A stretch of DNA of 64,000 nucleotides from Eledone cirrhosa (Eukaryota). Under the pieces are notes generated by a model. The model was not told where the DNA came from, searched no databases, and saw nothing but the letters and a program-made list of their open reading frames with translations. The stretch's first letter is position 1. Each line of letters begins with the position of its first letter. Positions 43,145-58,422 of this stretch are shown piece after piece. Location of the stretch: positions 1,116,001-1,180,000 of the forward strand of contig OZ024758.1 of the NCBI GenBank assembly GCA_964016885.1, written 5' to 3'. The translations under genes and the position numbers were made by a program.

Positions 43145-46068
43145 CCCAGAACTAGACAGCTACATTTTTATCGACATCGAAAGAATGAAAGGCAAAGTTG
43201 ATCGCGGCGGGACTTGAACTCCGGGAGCATAAAACCGGAACGAATACCATAAAACATTCTATCTGACGTTCAAACGACTCTGCCCATTCACCGCCTTAAC
43301 ACATGTACTCCGCTCTTAGCTCCATGCAGAAGCGTCTGATATGATCACAGCTTAAGAAATGGAGTGTGACTAGACATATGCTTTTTTGTATATAGAATAT
43401 CCTATTGTATATGGCTCCATATACACTTTCATTCTCAATTTAATTTTGTTCGTGTTACAGCTAATTCTAGCCATCTCTTATCGTGCATCAAATGAGAGAA
43501 TTGGTAAATTTTAATTGGCTAAATACTACTGCTTAATGTCTCATGCAAAAATTGAATAAATTTGTTGTAAGTAATGCCAAGAGATTGCAGAATTAATCGG
43601 TTAGAAATACTAAAATAAGAGGGAAGGCATTTTGTTTGAAAAGAAACACAACAAAAAAACAATGAAAATAAACGAATTAAGTAGTAGCTTATAGTATGTG
43701 AAATGTAATTTCAGTGCCATTTCAGCATGTCATTATCTAAATATATAAATGTAATACTTTAATAGTTTTATTTCTGAGGAAATATCTGCAAAGTTCCAAA
43801 TAAAGACGCAAGAAAAAAAAAAAAAACGATTTCTAGTTTAGCCACAAGGCCAACGATTTGGGGGAGGGAAAAGTCGATAAACGACCCCAGTGTATTATTG
43901 GTGTTTTATTTTATCGACCCCCGTAAGGATAAAAGGCAAATCCAACCTCGGTGTGATTTGATCTCAGAATGTAAAGGGGCGTAACTCTATGCTGCAAAGC
44001 ATGGTGTCTGACGCTCTATCGATACTTCCAATCCACCGCCCAAGAGGAGCAATAATACATATATAAATAATTAAACTAAAGAAACAATGATATATGCAAA
44101 TGAGCAGTAATAAGCCACCAGTACAATTGTGTTGAGTTTGGGTCACGTTTCATAACAGATACACACTAATAAATCTTCTTCTTCTTCTTCTTCAATCTTC
44201 TTCTTTGCCTTCTTCTTCTTGTCAAACATCAAAGATAAACAACACAACGAGAGAAGTGTAAACTCCAGCAGTAAGACCCTGTTGAATCCCACCCAATATA
44301 TATCTCCGTTTATCTCTATTTTACGACTGATAATATCAATTTTTATGTAAACACTTTAATACTAAGTATATTATCTCGATGTAAGTTATATTGTTTTAGA
44401 TTAATATTACTGCCAGCTTCCAACAATCTAGCTAAACTCTGTTGTTTACATTTATTAAATATTTATTAATAAATGCATATAATTATACATACACACATAC
44501 ATATATATATACACACATACATATAATTATACATACACACATATATATGATGGCTGCCCCGTCGTTATCGAGAATGGCCATTGCACGATATAACATCATT
44601 AATAGTTATCAATTAATTCTATCGTGCAATGCCTGTGCGTGAAGATATTTTTTAAAGTGAGGAAAGACTGTGCACTGAGCCAATCCCACTCTCGGTAACT
44701 ACTGAGCCATTATGATGTAATTGTTATGATGTAATTGAAGTGTGGTGATGGTTATGATGTGATTGGTGGGGTGATGGTTATGATGTAACTGCGGTGATGG
44801 TTATGATGTGATTGAAGTGTGGTGATCTTAATGAGTATAATAATTGTTTCTACTTTTGGCACAAGGCCAGCAATTGCCCAGAACATTGCTGGTACTTTAT
44901 TTTATCGACCCCGTTAGGATGAAAGGCAAAGTTAAACTTGCCGGGATTTGAACTCAGAATGGCAAGGGCCGTAACTCTATGCTGCAAAGCATAACGTCCG
45001 ACCCTCTACCAATACTGCCATTCCACCACCGGCCCTGAAGCTGAGGCAGAGCAGGATGAGGAAGTGGGAGAAGCAGGCTTGATAGATTAGTTTGATGTGT
45101 TTTTGTAGGGTTACTTAGGATAAGAACAACAATGAAAATAATTGTTTCTACTTTTGACACAAGGCCAGCAATTATTCCAGTACATTACTGGTACTTTATT
45201 TTATCGACCCCGTAAGGATGAAAGGCAAAGTTAACCTCGGCGGGATTTGAACTCAGACCGTAAAGGGACGTAACTATGCTGGAAAGCAACAATGAAAATG
45301 ATGTTGATGATAATGTTGGAGTGATGTGAATACTGATGATGATGGTGATGGTGACGGTGATGGTGATGATTGTGATGATGATGATGGTGATGATGATGAT
45401 GATGGTGATGGTGATGGTGATGATGATTGTGATGATGATGATGGTGATGGCGAAGACGTCTAAGATGGCGGGATAATGATGATGATTGCCATGATGATAA
45501 TGTTGACGATGATGTTGACGATAGTGATGATTATGAAGATGGTGATGATGGCGGTGATAATGAAGATTATAATTATGTTGATTAAGATGATGTTGATGAT
45601 AATTACTATATTAGGGGTGATGTTGCTTTGGCTGCAGTTATTCCTGCTGCTGTAATGATGATGATGATGATGGTAATGTTGATGATAATGTTGATGATAA
45701 TGATGATGATGATGGCGGAGATTGTGGTGTTGATAATGATGATGATGATACGGAACATAATGGTAGTTCTGAGGGGAGGGGCGGCATATTATAGTTAGTC
45801 GGCAATGGTAGCCATGGTGATGGAGATGGTGATGGTGATGGAGATGGTGATGGTGATGGCGGAGAAGGTGATGGTGATGGAGAAGGTGTTGATGGTGATG
45901 GTGATGGAGAGATGGTGATGAAGAAGCTGGCGATGGTGGTGTGGAAAACATAACTGCAGCCCTTCTATGTGATTTAACCTCCGCCCATCTTGTCCGTTCT
46001 AATTACCAATTGGTCCACACTTTACGGAAGCAACTCGTGCGATTATGTCAAACCTAAGAGTTTTACCA

Positions 46069-46311
46069 ATATTCTCTGCCACCCCTAGACCCACCATATT
46101 CTCTGCCACCCCTAGACCCAATATGTTCTCTGCCACCCCTAGACCCACCAAATTCTCTGCTACCCCTAGACCCACCATATTCTCTGCCACCCCTAGACCC
46201 ACCATATTCTCTGCCACCCCTAGACCCACCATATTCTCTGCTACCACTAGACCCACCATATTCTCTGCTACCCCTAGACCCACCATATTCTCTGCTACCA
46301 CTAGACCCACC
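46069..46311. repeat. 27-bp tandem repeat x9 (ATATTCTCTGCCACCCCTAGACCCACC)
   Basis: Nine units; stop-free in several frames. Confidence 0.96.
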
Positions 46312-46435
46312 AACAATCCTCCACTAACGCAATAATCCCCTTCTACCACCAGATCTTGGAACTTTGCCATACCCTTGTAGTATCAGCCAAACGAGAACGG
46401 AAAAAAACACTACTAACATAATGCCGATGATAATA

Positions 46436-46473
<38 letters not shown>

Positions 46474-47218
46474 TTATTTATATATATTTATTTATTTATA
46501 TATATATATATATACACACACACATATATATATATATATATATGCATATGTATGTGTCTGTGTTAACCTGTTATTATTTTGTTGTTGATGATGTGTTGTT
46601 TTATGTTTTATGTAATTGTTTGAAGTTTTGTTTTATATTTTGTTTTGTATATGTCTGGTTTTTTCTTTAAATTTATCGCTCAAGTGCTTTACAGATGTCG
46701 GTTTTAGTATCAGCAACGTCTAGACACCGATTCCCATTGATGATGTTTGTTCTCATAGTTCTTACTTTCGTTGTTGAAGGGCGCAGACTTGATATGACAA
46801 AGTGGTTAAAACGTTTACTTTGCTATCAACATTTCTCAGGTTCGGTGCATTGGGAACTTACCTTGTATCATAGCCATGGCTCTATTGAATATAATGTCTG
46901 TGAAATAGGATTTCTGTTTGGACTATAGATGTAAACCAATGAACCAACCTATCATATACAATGCCAAGTACAATCTAGTTGAAGTTTAAGCTAAGGGTAC
47001 AAATGTCTAGAATACTCAACAGTTTATAAGAAGCAGATGTATTTCAGATCCAGTCCAGTCACTCTTTTCCTTTCATCCTTCCAGGATCGGTAAATAAAAT
47101 ATCTGTTCAGGAATGGACAGATGGAATTGTTAGCGACTATATAGCATTAATTCTGGGGTTTTTCATTTTAGGTTCAAATTCCGTTCTTGCACTACGACCT
47201 GAACCCTGTCGATTCACA

Positions 47219-47412
47219 TACGAGGGCCGACTGAAGACTTCATAGGTTGACTATAAAGGATGGATGCTAGGACTGCGAAATCTTGCATGCATTAATTTCA
47301 ACTCTTCATATTAATAACTGAATTATTTCTTTCAAAGGATCATGTAGAAAAATAACCCCCTTTGGTCATTCAATGAGAGTATCTTGTTCAGCCTATGAAC
47401 GTTTCAACCGTA
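47219..47412. mobile_element. Mariner-type MITE; related copies at about 8020-8170, 15285-15450, 18545-18600, 21145-21230, 35770-35830
   Basis: TA-CGAGGG...CTGAAGACTTCATAGGTTGAC at the start, inverted CAGCCTATGAACGTTTCA at the end; shared internal GAAGGAGTGATGCTAGA...GAAATCTTGCA. Confidence 0.75.
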
Positions 47413-47859
47413 TATTTAAAACCTAAGGATATAGAAAGACGAATAAGTCTGTTCTTGTGCTGGAAATACCAACCAGATCTTAAAACCACGTTGCTATTTT
47501 AGGTAAGAAAGCAGGTAAAAAAGCTTATAAACTTATAAACATTGCAAAACAAGATGATCAACGAGGCAGCATCTTTAATTTTATACGTATCTGCCATATA
47601 TGGCGGCAAATTTGAGTTTAAGCAACAACAACAATCTAACAAGCTACAAATTAAGAAAACAACCCTATCATGCTAAAGAAAGGGTGACTTCCAGCCAGAA
47701 TATACTCCAGCAACATTCTCACTGAAACCTGTTCACTTCTAATTGTTTCTTTGTCTGGTAATTCTAAGCTGTGGCTATGTTCGGTGCAAGAGAGAAACAT
47801 ACACACATATACATACATATATAATTCATATATAATTACACACACACATATATATATAT

Positions 47860-47900
<41 letters not shown>

Positions 47901-47907
47901 TATATAT

Positions 47908-47968
<61 letters not shown>

Positions 47969-47995
47969 TATATATATATACACATATATATATAT

Positions 47996-48036
<41 letters not shown>

Positions 48037-48507
48037 TGTGTGTGTGTGTGTATATGGATACACATATATACACACATTCACACAGCTAGGCTCATACAAA
48101 CATATTAACGCGTGTATATGATTGAATGTGTACATGAAAGTCTATACACGTACCTGCATGTATGTACATAAGACTACAATAAATAAATAAATAGATAAAT
48201 ACAAAAGCCATACAGTACACACACATACATTCAGCCCACATCATTTCAAAATGTCTAGAAAGTAAAAACGAAAAACATTTTCAACAATCTACCCCATCCT
48301 GAATATTTTCATTCATACATGCTCTCCCACCAACAAAAGCCATCACACACTCATCTATCTTATAGCTTTCTTCACTACACACCACTACCTTTCCACAGTC
48401 ATTACATGTCTCATGTTTAGTGACTGTCATAAATAGATAAGAAAGACGTGTACACTGAAAGAAAAGATGAAAAAACTAGATTAAGGAGAGGCCGGATGGT
48501 TTAGTTC

Positions 48508-48555
<48 letters not shown>

Positions 48556-49101
48556 TTCCCCCTCCCCCATCTTATAACCACCAAAGTAAAACTCCTTCTT
48601 AGTGCCAACTTCCAACCCTCCCGTCCGGCATCACTCTTTTTTACCGCTTCATATTTGCCCCTTGCCGTTATTTGTTCGCCCCCCACCCCTGGTGGATATG
48701 ACATGCAGGACAATATAATCCATTCAGGCATGCCTTACCCCTCGTTTACTCCTCTCACACGTAGCCAAAGGTTCGTCCCATCGGTTCGTTTTAGTGACTC
48801 GTTTTTGCTGCGTTATTTGCCATTACTTTTTATTTTGCTGTTATTGTTGTAAATTTATAGTATAATTTTATTGTTTAATTTCTTTTTTTACTTGTAGTGT
48901 AGTTGCCTGTTACACACTGTATAAGAATAGGGGTAGATAGGGAGTTAGACGGATAGATGGGCTTACAGGTAGGTAGAAAAACAGGCAGACAAGAAGTTTA
49001 ATACGTAGGTAAGTAAGTAGGCGTATTTATAAATAACAGTGTGTGTGATATACACACAAAAAGAAAAACAAAGTCCGAGGAAACACGTGATAACCTGTGT
49101 C

Positions 49102-49143
<42 letters not shown>

Positions 49144-50474
49144 AGCATCTACAAACAAACAACAAAACCACTAACAAAATAGATGATAAAAAAAAAACGT
49201 TTGTGTGCCGCGAGAGGTGGTGGCGTGTCGGAAATCTTACCTTCCGGCAAACTAACCAGTGCTGTAGGCTGGTGTATATATCAGATATATACAATACACA
49301 ACGACTTGTTGAAATTCTATCATGGAGCGACTCCTATATTACTTTAAGACGTCGAAAGAAATGTCTTGTCTTAGATATTCTGGTTGGCTACGTTCAGAGT
49401 TCAATACTGTCATTGTATATTTGGGGAATCATCTTAATTAGTCGTTCGTGTTATACGACTAAAGGCGGTGAACTGGCAGAGTTGCTAGAATGTCGGATTG
49501 GAATGCTTCGCGGTATTCGTTTCGGCTACCTGGTCTTTGGGTTCAAATCTGGCCGAGGTCAACTTTGCCTTTCATCATTTCGAGGTCGATAAAAAAGTAT
49601 CAGTCTAGTACTGGAGTAGATTCTTCCTCTATATCTCATTCTAACCTCTTTTCCCTTTCTCCCACTACATCTCCTTCTCCAGAAGAAATCTACTACGTTC
49701 AGACCTGGAGATGAGTTTTGCTCCACCAGACTTGAAAATCCCCAAGAAACGCTGTATGTTACTACGGCGCGCCTACGATTCTATCAGAAATGATGGGTCC
49801 ATTCATTCATTCAATCATTATACTACCAGGAGGCAAACTATCAGAGTCATTAGAACGTCGGATAGAATGTTTTGCGGAAAATATTTCAGCTGTCTGCTCT
49901 CTGATTTCAAATTCTGCCGAGGTCAACTTTGCCTTTCATCCACTTGGGGGTGATACGAAAAGTGGCAGTCATGTACCGGAGACGACTCTTCATCTATATT
50001 TCTTTCTCACTTTCATTCATTATCATTTACTGGAAGAAATCTGCTCTATTCAGGCCGGGCGAGGTGATGCGTTCCTCCAGGTTTTTAAAAAAAGGCCCTC
50101 AAACGCCGTATGCCAATATGGCGTCTATACGACTCCATCAGGTGTAATAGGATCATATATATATATATATGCACCATTCCTATAGTTGGTTCTTTTGAAA
50201 GTATTCCATTCTTTAGATGATAACTTCCCCCTACTCTAAAATGTCATGAATGGTTGAAAATGTTTCTGGTCGGTGCCTTTCCGTTTCTCACGAAATAATT
50301 TAAATATATAGTTCAGGAATTTATACAGATCTATAATTTACTTTAATCCACGGAAGTACTACATTAAATCACTGCCAAAACCTGCTTTACATCACTTGTC
50401 ATCATTATAAAAATTGATACACTCGATAATCTAGTTCAATATATAATCTATACATATATATATAAAACTGTAGT

Positions 50475-50533
<59 letters not shown>

Positions 50534-50779
50534 TAATTTTTGCAAAGTCTATACAAATTCACATTTCTACTCCGATTGACTTCAAACTTGCATTTATATA
50601 TTCCTTGCGGTCTAAAGATATTAACTGCGGCTTTTATTTTTCAATTTTCTGTTGTTAAAGTGGTGTTAGGCGCCGGTTATCGATCTCCGTCGCGCCTTTA
50701 CAATATCTGTCTATATGTCTGACTGTCTGCATTACGACATTATTACAAACACGTCATTGCTGACATATTATTTTCGCTA

Positions 50780-50827
<48 letters not shown>

Positions 50828-51041
50828 CATATATATATATACATATACATATATATATATATACACATATATATACACATATATACATATACACACACAT
50901 ATATACACATAAATATATATATATATAATATAAAACAAAAGATGGTTAAAAGAGTTCCATGTATTTTATTATGCACATTTCAAAAACAAATATCATCATG
51001 GGATGATATTTGCGTTCTCATCAGATAAACTCACCTCCTAC

Positions 51042-51072
<31 letters not shown>

Positions 51073-51193
51073 CATATACATAACGCATATATATATATAC
51101 ACATATACATATATATATATATATATATATACACATAAAAAAAATATATATATATAAAACCTTGGAGAGTTACAACAAGAAACACTACTACTA

Positions 51194-51265
<72 letters not shown>

Positions 51266-51610
51266 ACTTTAATACTACAACTATTTTGCTGAAAGGGAAA
51301 TCATAACAACCTAAGAACGCCAAGAAAATAAATAGCAAAAGACAAGATAAAAGAAATATGAAGAACGATAAAGTTGCCTACAAAATAAACAACAAAAACT
51401 AGAGAAAAATATGGCGGAGATGAAATATGATGACTCTGACATGGAGGACAAGAGACGTGTTGATGTACCCAAATACAAATATACACAGATAAGACAAAGG
51501 TGTTTAGAATGGAAATAATCTTATATACTCCACCCCCGCCGCTTATATCTTATATTTGTTCATTCTCTCTCACTTACTCCCTCAGATATGTTCATTGTGT
51601 CTTTCATAGT

Positions 51611-51698
<88 letters not shown>

Positions 51699-51900
51699 TA
51701 TATACATACATATATATATATACATACATATATATATACATAAATATATATATATTTGTGTATGCGTATATATGTATATATGTGCGTGTGTGGTATATAT
51801 ATATATGTGTGTATATAGATTTATATATATGTGTATATATATAGATTTATATATATATATGTGTATATATATAGATTTATATATATATATGTGTATATAT

Positions 51901-51982
51901 ATACTGATGTCCTACTGGTTAGGGCGTTGGAATTACGACTATAGTCGTAATTCCAACACCCTAACCAGTAGGACATCAGTAT
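51901..51982. repeat. 82-bp loopless palindrome (one mismatch) between a (TA)-rich array and a SINE
   Basis: ATACTGATGTCCTACTGGTTAGGGCGTTGGAATTACGACTA followed directly by its reverse complement. Confidence 0.95.
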
Positions 51983-52744
51983 CGGTAGAGCATCAGACAC
52001 CATACTTTGCAGCATAGAGTTACGGCCTTTTACGTTCTGAGTTCAAATCCCACCGAAGTTAACTTTACCTGTCATCCTTTCGGGGTCGATAAAATAAAGT
52101 ACCAGTAATGCATTGGGGTAATTCGTTTGAATAAATGAATTCAACACGAAACTCCCGGCCCTCGAGTCTCTAGGTAGAGCTTTTAAAATAAATATGAATA
52201 TGTATGTGTGTGTTTGTGTGCATATATGTGTATGTGTGTGTTTGTGTGCATATATATATGTGCGTATGTGTGTGATTGTGAGCGTGTATATTTGTGTGCA
52301 TATATATGTGTGTGTGTGTATATTTGTGTATGTGTGTGTTTGTGTGCATATATATGTGTATGTGTATGTGTGTGTGTGTGTGTGTTTGTGAGTGTGTATG
52401 ATAGTGTGAATATATATGTGTGTGTGTATATTTGTGTGTGTGTGTGCGTGTGTGTGTGCATAGCTTTCTCTCCCAATTCAGCGACTTTCTTCAGTTATCG
52501 TTCATGTGACACACTGCAGGACAAATGGTAATTGATGGGTCATTTCATTTCATTTCTATGGGTGTACATTTCAATACGTTTGTCCCGACCCCCCATCTCT
52601 TGTCTATTTCTCACTCAATGACCGTTTGTGTCATTTGGTCTTTACAAATTTTAAAGTAACAACAACAAAAAACATTAAAAAGCAAAAATCCAGTATCCCG
52701 TATCATATTATCACATATACACAGGTAGATATATATATACAGGT

Positions 52745-52807
<63 letters not shown>

Positions 52808-55093
52808 CACAGGTAGATATATACATACATATATACAGGTAGATATATATATACATATATACACAGGTATATATATACATACATATATACAGGTAGATAT
52901 ATATATATACATATACACAGGTAGATATATACATACATATACGCAGGTAGATATATACATACATATACACTCACATATACATAGATAGATATATACATAC
53001 ATATACACTCACATATACACAGATAGATATTTACATACATATACACTCAAACATGATTGTGGTAGGTCTTATTGCTTACTATTCTTGATTTCACTGACTT
53101 CTTTTCTCCCTGTTGCCTCTTTTTCACTCCTTTAATTTCTCTTCTACCTTTGCTAAAACCAACGAACGTCCTAAAACATTTATCGTCCATGTAAATGTTG
53201 TAAAACAATTTGTCTTTTGACAACAGTAGAGCTTTCAAACTTATTCATAATTGTTGAGCGGGACAGGGTGTCTGTTTCTGTACTCGGAGTAAAGTTCCTT
53301 TTAGATATAAATTAAATCACACCATATGATTTTCGCAAAGTGAAACCTCCGTCAAATTCGACGATGAACAATCTTGTCATTCTATCAACGGAATAATCTA
53401 AGCATTGAATAAATGTGTAACAGGTTGAATATCCTCCTGAAATATGTTCACCTGAGATAATTCTCAGAGTCATAGAGTTTCCCTCGTGTGTGTCAAGGCC
53501 TAGACAGCAGAAGGTCTTAAGAGAAGAAACCCCGCTTAAATAAGTGTTTCGGCCCTTAAATTCTAGTGTTTCTTACCACTCAGCGTGTGTGCTAAGACTA
53601 ACTTTTAGAATGCTGGGTACAGTACGTCCGACGGGCTTCCGCATCGTCCTCTTCGTCAATGCTAACGTAGAAAAAGATTGAGTAATATGCCACGCAGTAG
53701 GATTAAACCCGGGATATACATGATGGTGGATTGTGTTGCTAAATTGTTCCACCTTGACTGAGTCGATTGTAACTATTCACTACGTATCTAGAAGAAATAA
53801 GATTACACTTGTTAACCACAGTTATATAACAAACATGGCGGATAGGTACAGATATTTGTATTAGACAGTGAAATCATGAAGAGGATGAGACAAATAAATA
53901 AAACCATTCTCCTTGACAACTAACAGTCTATGCCGCGACAGGGTCTAACAAACATGATTCTTCAGCTCTCTAGAGACCTTCCTAGGGACGTCGTCCTTTA
54001 TTACGTCAGTGGCAGGTTGCAAAGCGATATTAAAAACAAGTTTGGACGATGTACCAATAACAAATAAGAAGGGGGTGTACAAGAGCCTCGCATATAATCT
54101 CAGATGTGTCCAATCATGTAACAGACATATTAGTCAATTCCTCTAATGTGCAATGTGGAGATGGTCAAATCAGATCTGTTAATACAGATTCGATCTACAA
54201 AGAGTATTCTATAGGTCAGTAGATAGGAATAGTGTAAGTTGCCTACAACTTAACGAGAACATAATGATGAGAACGTACTACTGGATTCCACAAATATGTG
54301 GGGATTTTCAGCAGTGGTTTACTCAGTTCTTCGGGGTAAGTAGTGGGCTGAATATCAGGATGATCTCCAATGCCTATCTAGATTGTTTGCCACAAATCTC
54401 GACAACACAGATGGAGTGGTGAGAAATGCCTTCACAGCTACTGAAATATGGCTAAACCAAAGTACAGATTGCTCAAATAAATCTTTCGTCCCCACTAATC
54501 AATTGTTCCTTCGCTCTACTTCGAAGATAGGGCACCTTAATCAGTATTCTGAATTGATAGATAAAACATTTTACAAACCTCTTCGAAACCCATCTACAAT
54601 ATATGTGATGCGAGAAGTCCTTTCTCAGCACGATTTTATCGAGGTAATGAATAAAGGTCGTAATATAGACATAAAAACTGCAATAACGCTAACCAAGGCA
54701 GCTAAAACACGAGAAAGTGATATCATACCTGATGCTGTTATACATGATGTGGGATGTGGTGGCCGGTTTTGTGACCTCACTGATTGGCAGCGAGTGGATT
54801 GCTTCTACAGTTCCACAATATTAGAGAGACGCAAAATTTATTACGTTTTTCAAGGTAAAACCTGCCAATAATGCTGTGGTAAATTTCGGTGTATTTCCTT
54901 AACGATAACAGTTGTGTAAATATTTAACAGACACTTATGGACAGGTGGTGGATGAGGGGGGGGGGGGTAGATAGAGAGATATACAGACAGGTAAATATAT
55001 AGAGATATAGATAGATGGAGAGATAGTCAGACAGGTAAATAGATAGATAAGAAGATAGATAGGCAGACAGACAGACACATATATATATGTGCG

Positions 55094-55147
<54 letters not shown>

Positions 55148-55186
55148 CACATATATATACATATAGATGTATATATACACACACAC

Positions 55187-55278
<92 letters not shown>

Positions 55279-55284
55279 ATAGAC

Positions 55285-55367
<83 letters not shown>

Positions 55368-56469
55368 GATCCATCCATACTAGATTTGTAGAATTGTTAC
55401 GTTATACATCCCTATCAACAATTCCTGGGTTACGGTATCTTTATTTCCCAGTAGTTTTTATTCTATATATGTATGTATGTATAAATGAATGTATGTATGT
55501 ATATATGTCTGAATGTATGAATGCATGCATGAACGTATGTATGTATATATGTATACACGTATGTATGTATGAAAGAATGTATGTATGTATGGATGTATGG
55601 ATGTATGGATGGATGCACGTATGTACGTATGAATGTATGTATGTATGTATGTATGTATGTGTATATGTGTATATGTGTATGTATGTATGTATGTATGTAT
55701 GTATGTATGTATACACGTATGTATGTATTTATGTATGTAAGTATTTATAGGTGGCTTGAAATTTCAACTGCGGCGGATCATTAAAAAACACATAAGAGAG
55801 GAAGAAAAGAACGATCTGTTTACTGGCTGGGTTTCTTGTTTATGTCTGCTCCTTGAATATGATCCTCTTGATAAACTTGTCTACACATTGCGTGTTTGTG
55901 TTTATGTGTGTATATAGGTATATGATTGTGTGTCAGTGTGTAACTATGTCATTAAATCTGTACCATATATATTTTTACACAGGTAACTAGGTATATGATA
56001 GCAATAATCACAAAATAGGAAGCCCAAGTATAAGAGTATTGTCATTAATATGGCAGAGGAAAAAAAAACCTTAGAGGGTTTCTACATGTGTGTGACAGTT
56101 CACACCTATGCAGGTTTAGCTGGCCTCCTCCAAGGTATGTCTCGTTGGATGTATCTTGGGTGACTTAATGATAGAGACCCCAGTCCTATCATCTCATTTC
56201 TACACCTGAGTAAACTGGAGCAACGTGAAATAAAGTGTCTTGCACCCGGTCCGAAATGCTCTAACCACTAAGCCATGCGCCTTCACACCCTTTAGAGGGT
56301 ACTCTATTCTACATTCTACATAGCAAATACCAATCTGATACGGTCACCTACAGTGGTTTAAACCTTTTAGATCAACTATGATTCCTCCAAGCCATTAGTA
56401 GAAAGTAAATCTCTCTAGGGGCGTCTCACATCTAACACAATACAGAAGAGATGTATATCTATTAAAGCA

Positions 56470-56500
<31 letters not shown>

Positions 56501-56766
56501 CTTCTTCTTCTTCTTCTTCTTCTCCCATTTATTCCCCCACTTATTCCTATATGTTGGTCCAGGGGATAGGGTCCGCAAGCCCACCTTCCAGAGGGTTCTG
56601 TCAGAAGCAAACCTCTCTAATTGATCAAGTGGGTTTCCCAAGCGAGACAAGCCAAGCTTATGCATATAATCCAACCATCTTGCTCGGTGTCTACCCCTGG
56701 GATTCCGGCCGCTGGATGAGATTTTTGTTTATTAAACAGGCGAAACTCTAGAGTAACAAGACTCAC

Positions 56767-56797
<31 letters not shown>

Positions 56798-56870
56798 GTT
56801 TGTGTGTGTGTGTGTGAGAGATAAAGAGAGTGAGTTTATGTATCTATCTATCTATCTTTCTCTCTCTCTC

Positions 56871-56980
<110 letters not shown>

Positions 56981-57743
56981 GGCACATCCAGATTCAAATG
57001 ACAGAAGAGAGAGTAAGACAGAGAAAGAGAGAGCGAGAGAAAAAGATGGAGAGAGGTGGAGAGAGGTGGAGAGAGAGAGAGTGTGTGTGTGTGTGTGTGG
57101 ATAGAGAGAGCGCGCGAGAGAGAGCCAGAGCTGGAGAGAGAGAGAGAGAACTGAAATTATTGGTTAAACAGACAGCAATGAAAGCTTGTCAACTAACGAT
57201 GGTGGACATTAGATAGAGTAAGAGAGTTGACGTAAAAGAAAGATGGTAAGAGTAGACTGTGTTTTATTTTCTGTCTTTAGCGGCATCAGTTCGAAATACC
57301 CGAGATAGAAATTGATGATTATGCAATATTTTAATAGTAATCCTCGCAGATTTGTTTGTTCAGCGCCTCGCAGACTGGCTGACTGAACGGCAGGGGAAAT
57401 TGTCATCGATCATAGCGAAATATTGATTTTTTTTGTCTTTTTTTTTTTACATTGATTATTAGAAGGATATACCAATCCTATTATTAACGACCTTGACACT
57501 AAAATATTATTTACATTGTCGAGAACGTCACGTAATTAATACAGTAAAAACAGTAATTTAACCGCCTTATATATCTGACACTTATTTCCTTTATATATGA
57601 TATATACTGCAAAGGAGAGTGACATCAAGTGATATTATGGAAGGTGTTTGATCATTCTTAGATTATGTCACCACCCGATAATTCCTTCCTCTCGTCTAGC
57701 CTCTCACCTAATAGTAGTGAGATATAAAGATATATATATTGAG

Positions 57744-57811
<68 letters not shown>

Positions 57812-58349
57812 CAATACATAAACAGAGAAAGCCTTGATACTCTGACCAACTCCATCTCAACAAACATTAGGATATACCTAAGTATTTTCCCAATTTAGTG
57901 TTTGGGTGCTAACTAATCAGTATTTCGTTGATAGCTGGTTGTATTATTTTATATAAGACATTATTAAATAAATATCTCTTTCATATATGTATATATGTAT
58001 ATATGTATATATGTACATAATAAACAACACAATATAATTACTCCATTACCTGTTAGGATCGTCTAGTTTCTTGAAACCATTGGAAATGGAATAATTCTAT
58101 TGTGTTGTTTATTATGTAACTAAATAGCTCTGTACTATGCATGGAGCACTCTCCTTTCATTTATCTTTTCGCCGGAAATTCTTAACACACACTCACATTG
58201 ACACTCACATTGACACACAAACACACACACACTGACACACACATATATATATATTAAAATAACAGATTAAAGTTTAAGCAAAGAATCGCTGCTTCACTCT
58301 CAACGGGATCTTCTATATATATATATATATGTATATGTATATGTATATG

Positions 58350-58422
<73 letters not shown>

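Noticed and set aside
45300-45951. His/Ile-rich 163-aa ORF
   Set aside because: Degenerate (GAT/GGT)n trinucleotide region with no domain or splice support.
46862-46897. 36-nt AG/GT-bounded phase 1-1 micro-exon candidate
   Set aside because: No similarity to pappalysin; appears to lie within a decayed repeat.
47651-47790. LELP...MIGLF as the missing LamG 5' exon
   Set aside because: Lacks the W..EGGQ motif and a phase-1 donor; similarity judged coincidental.
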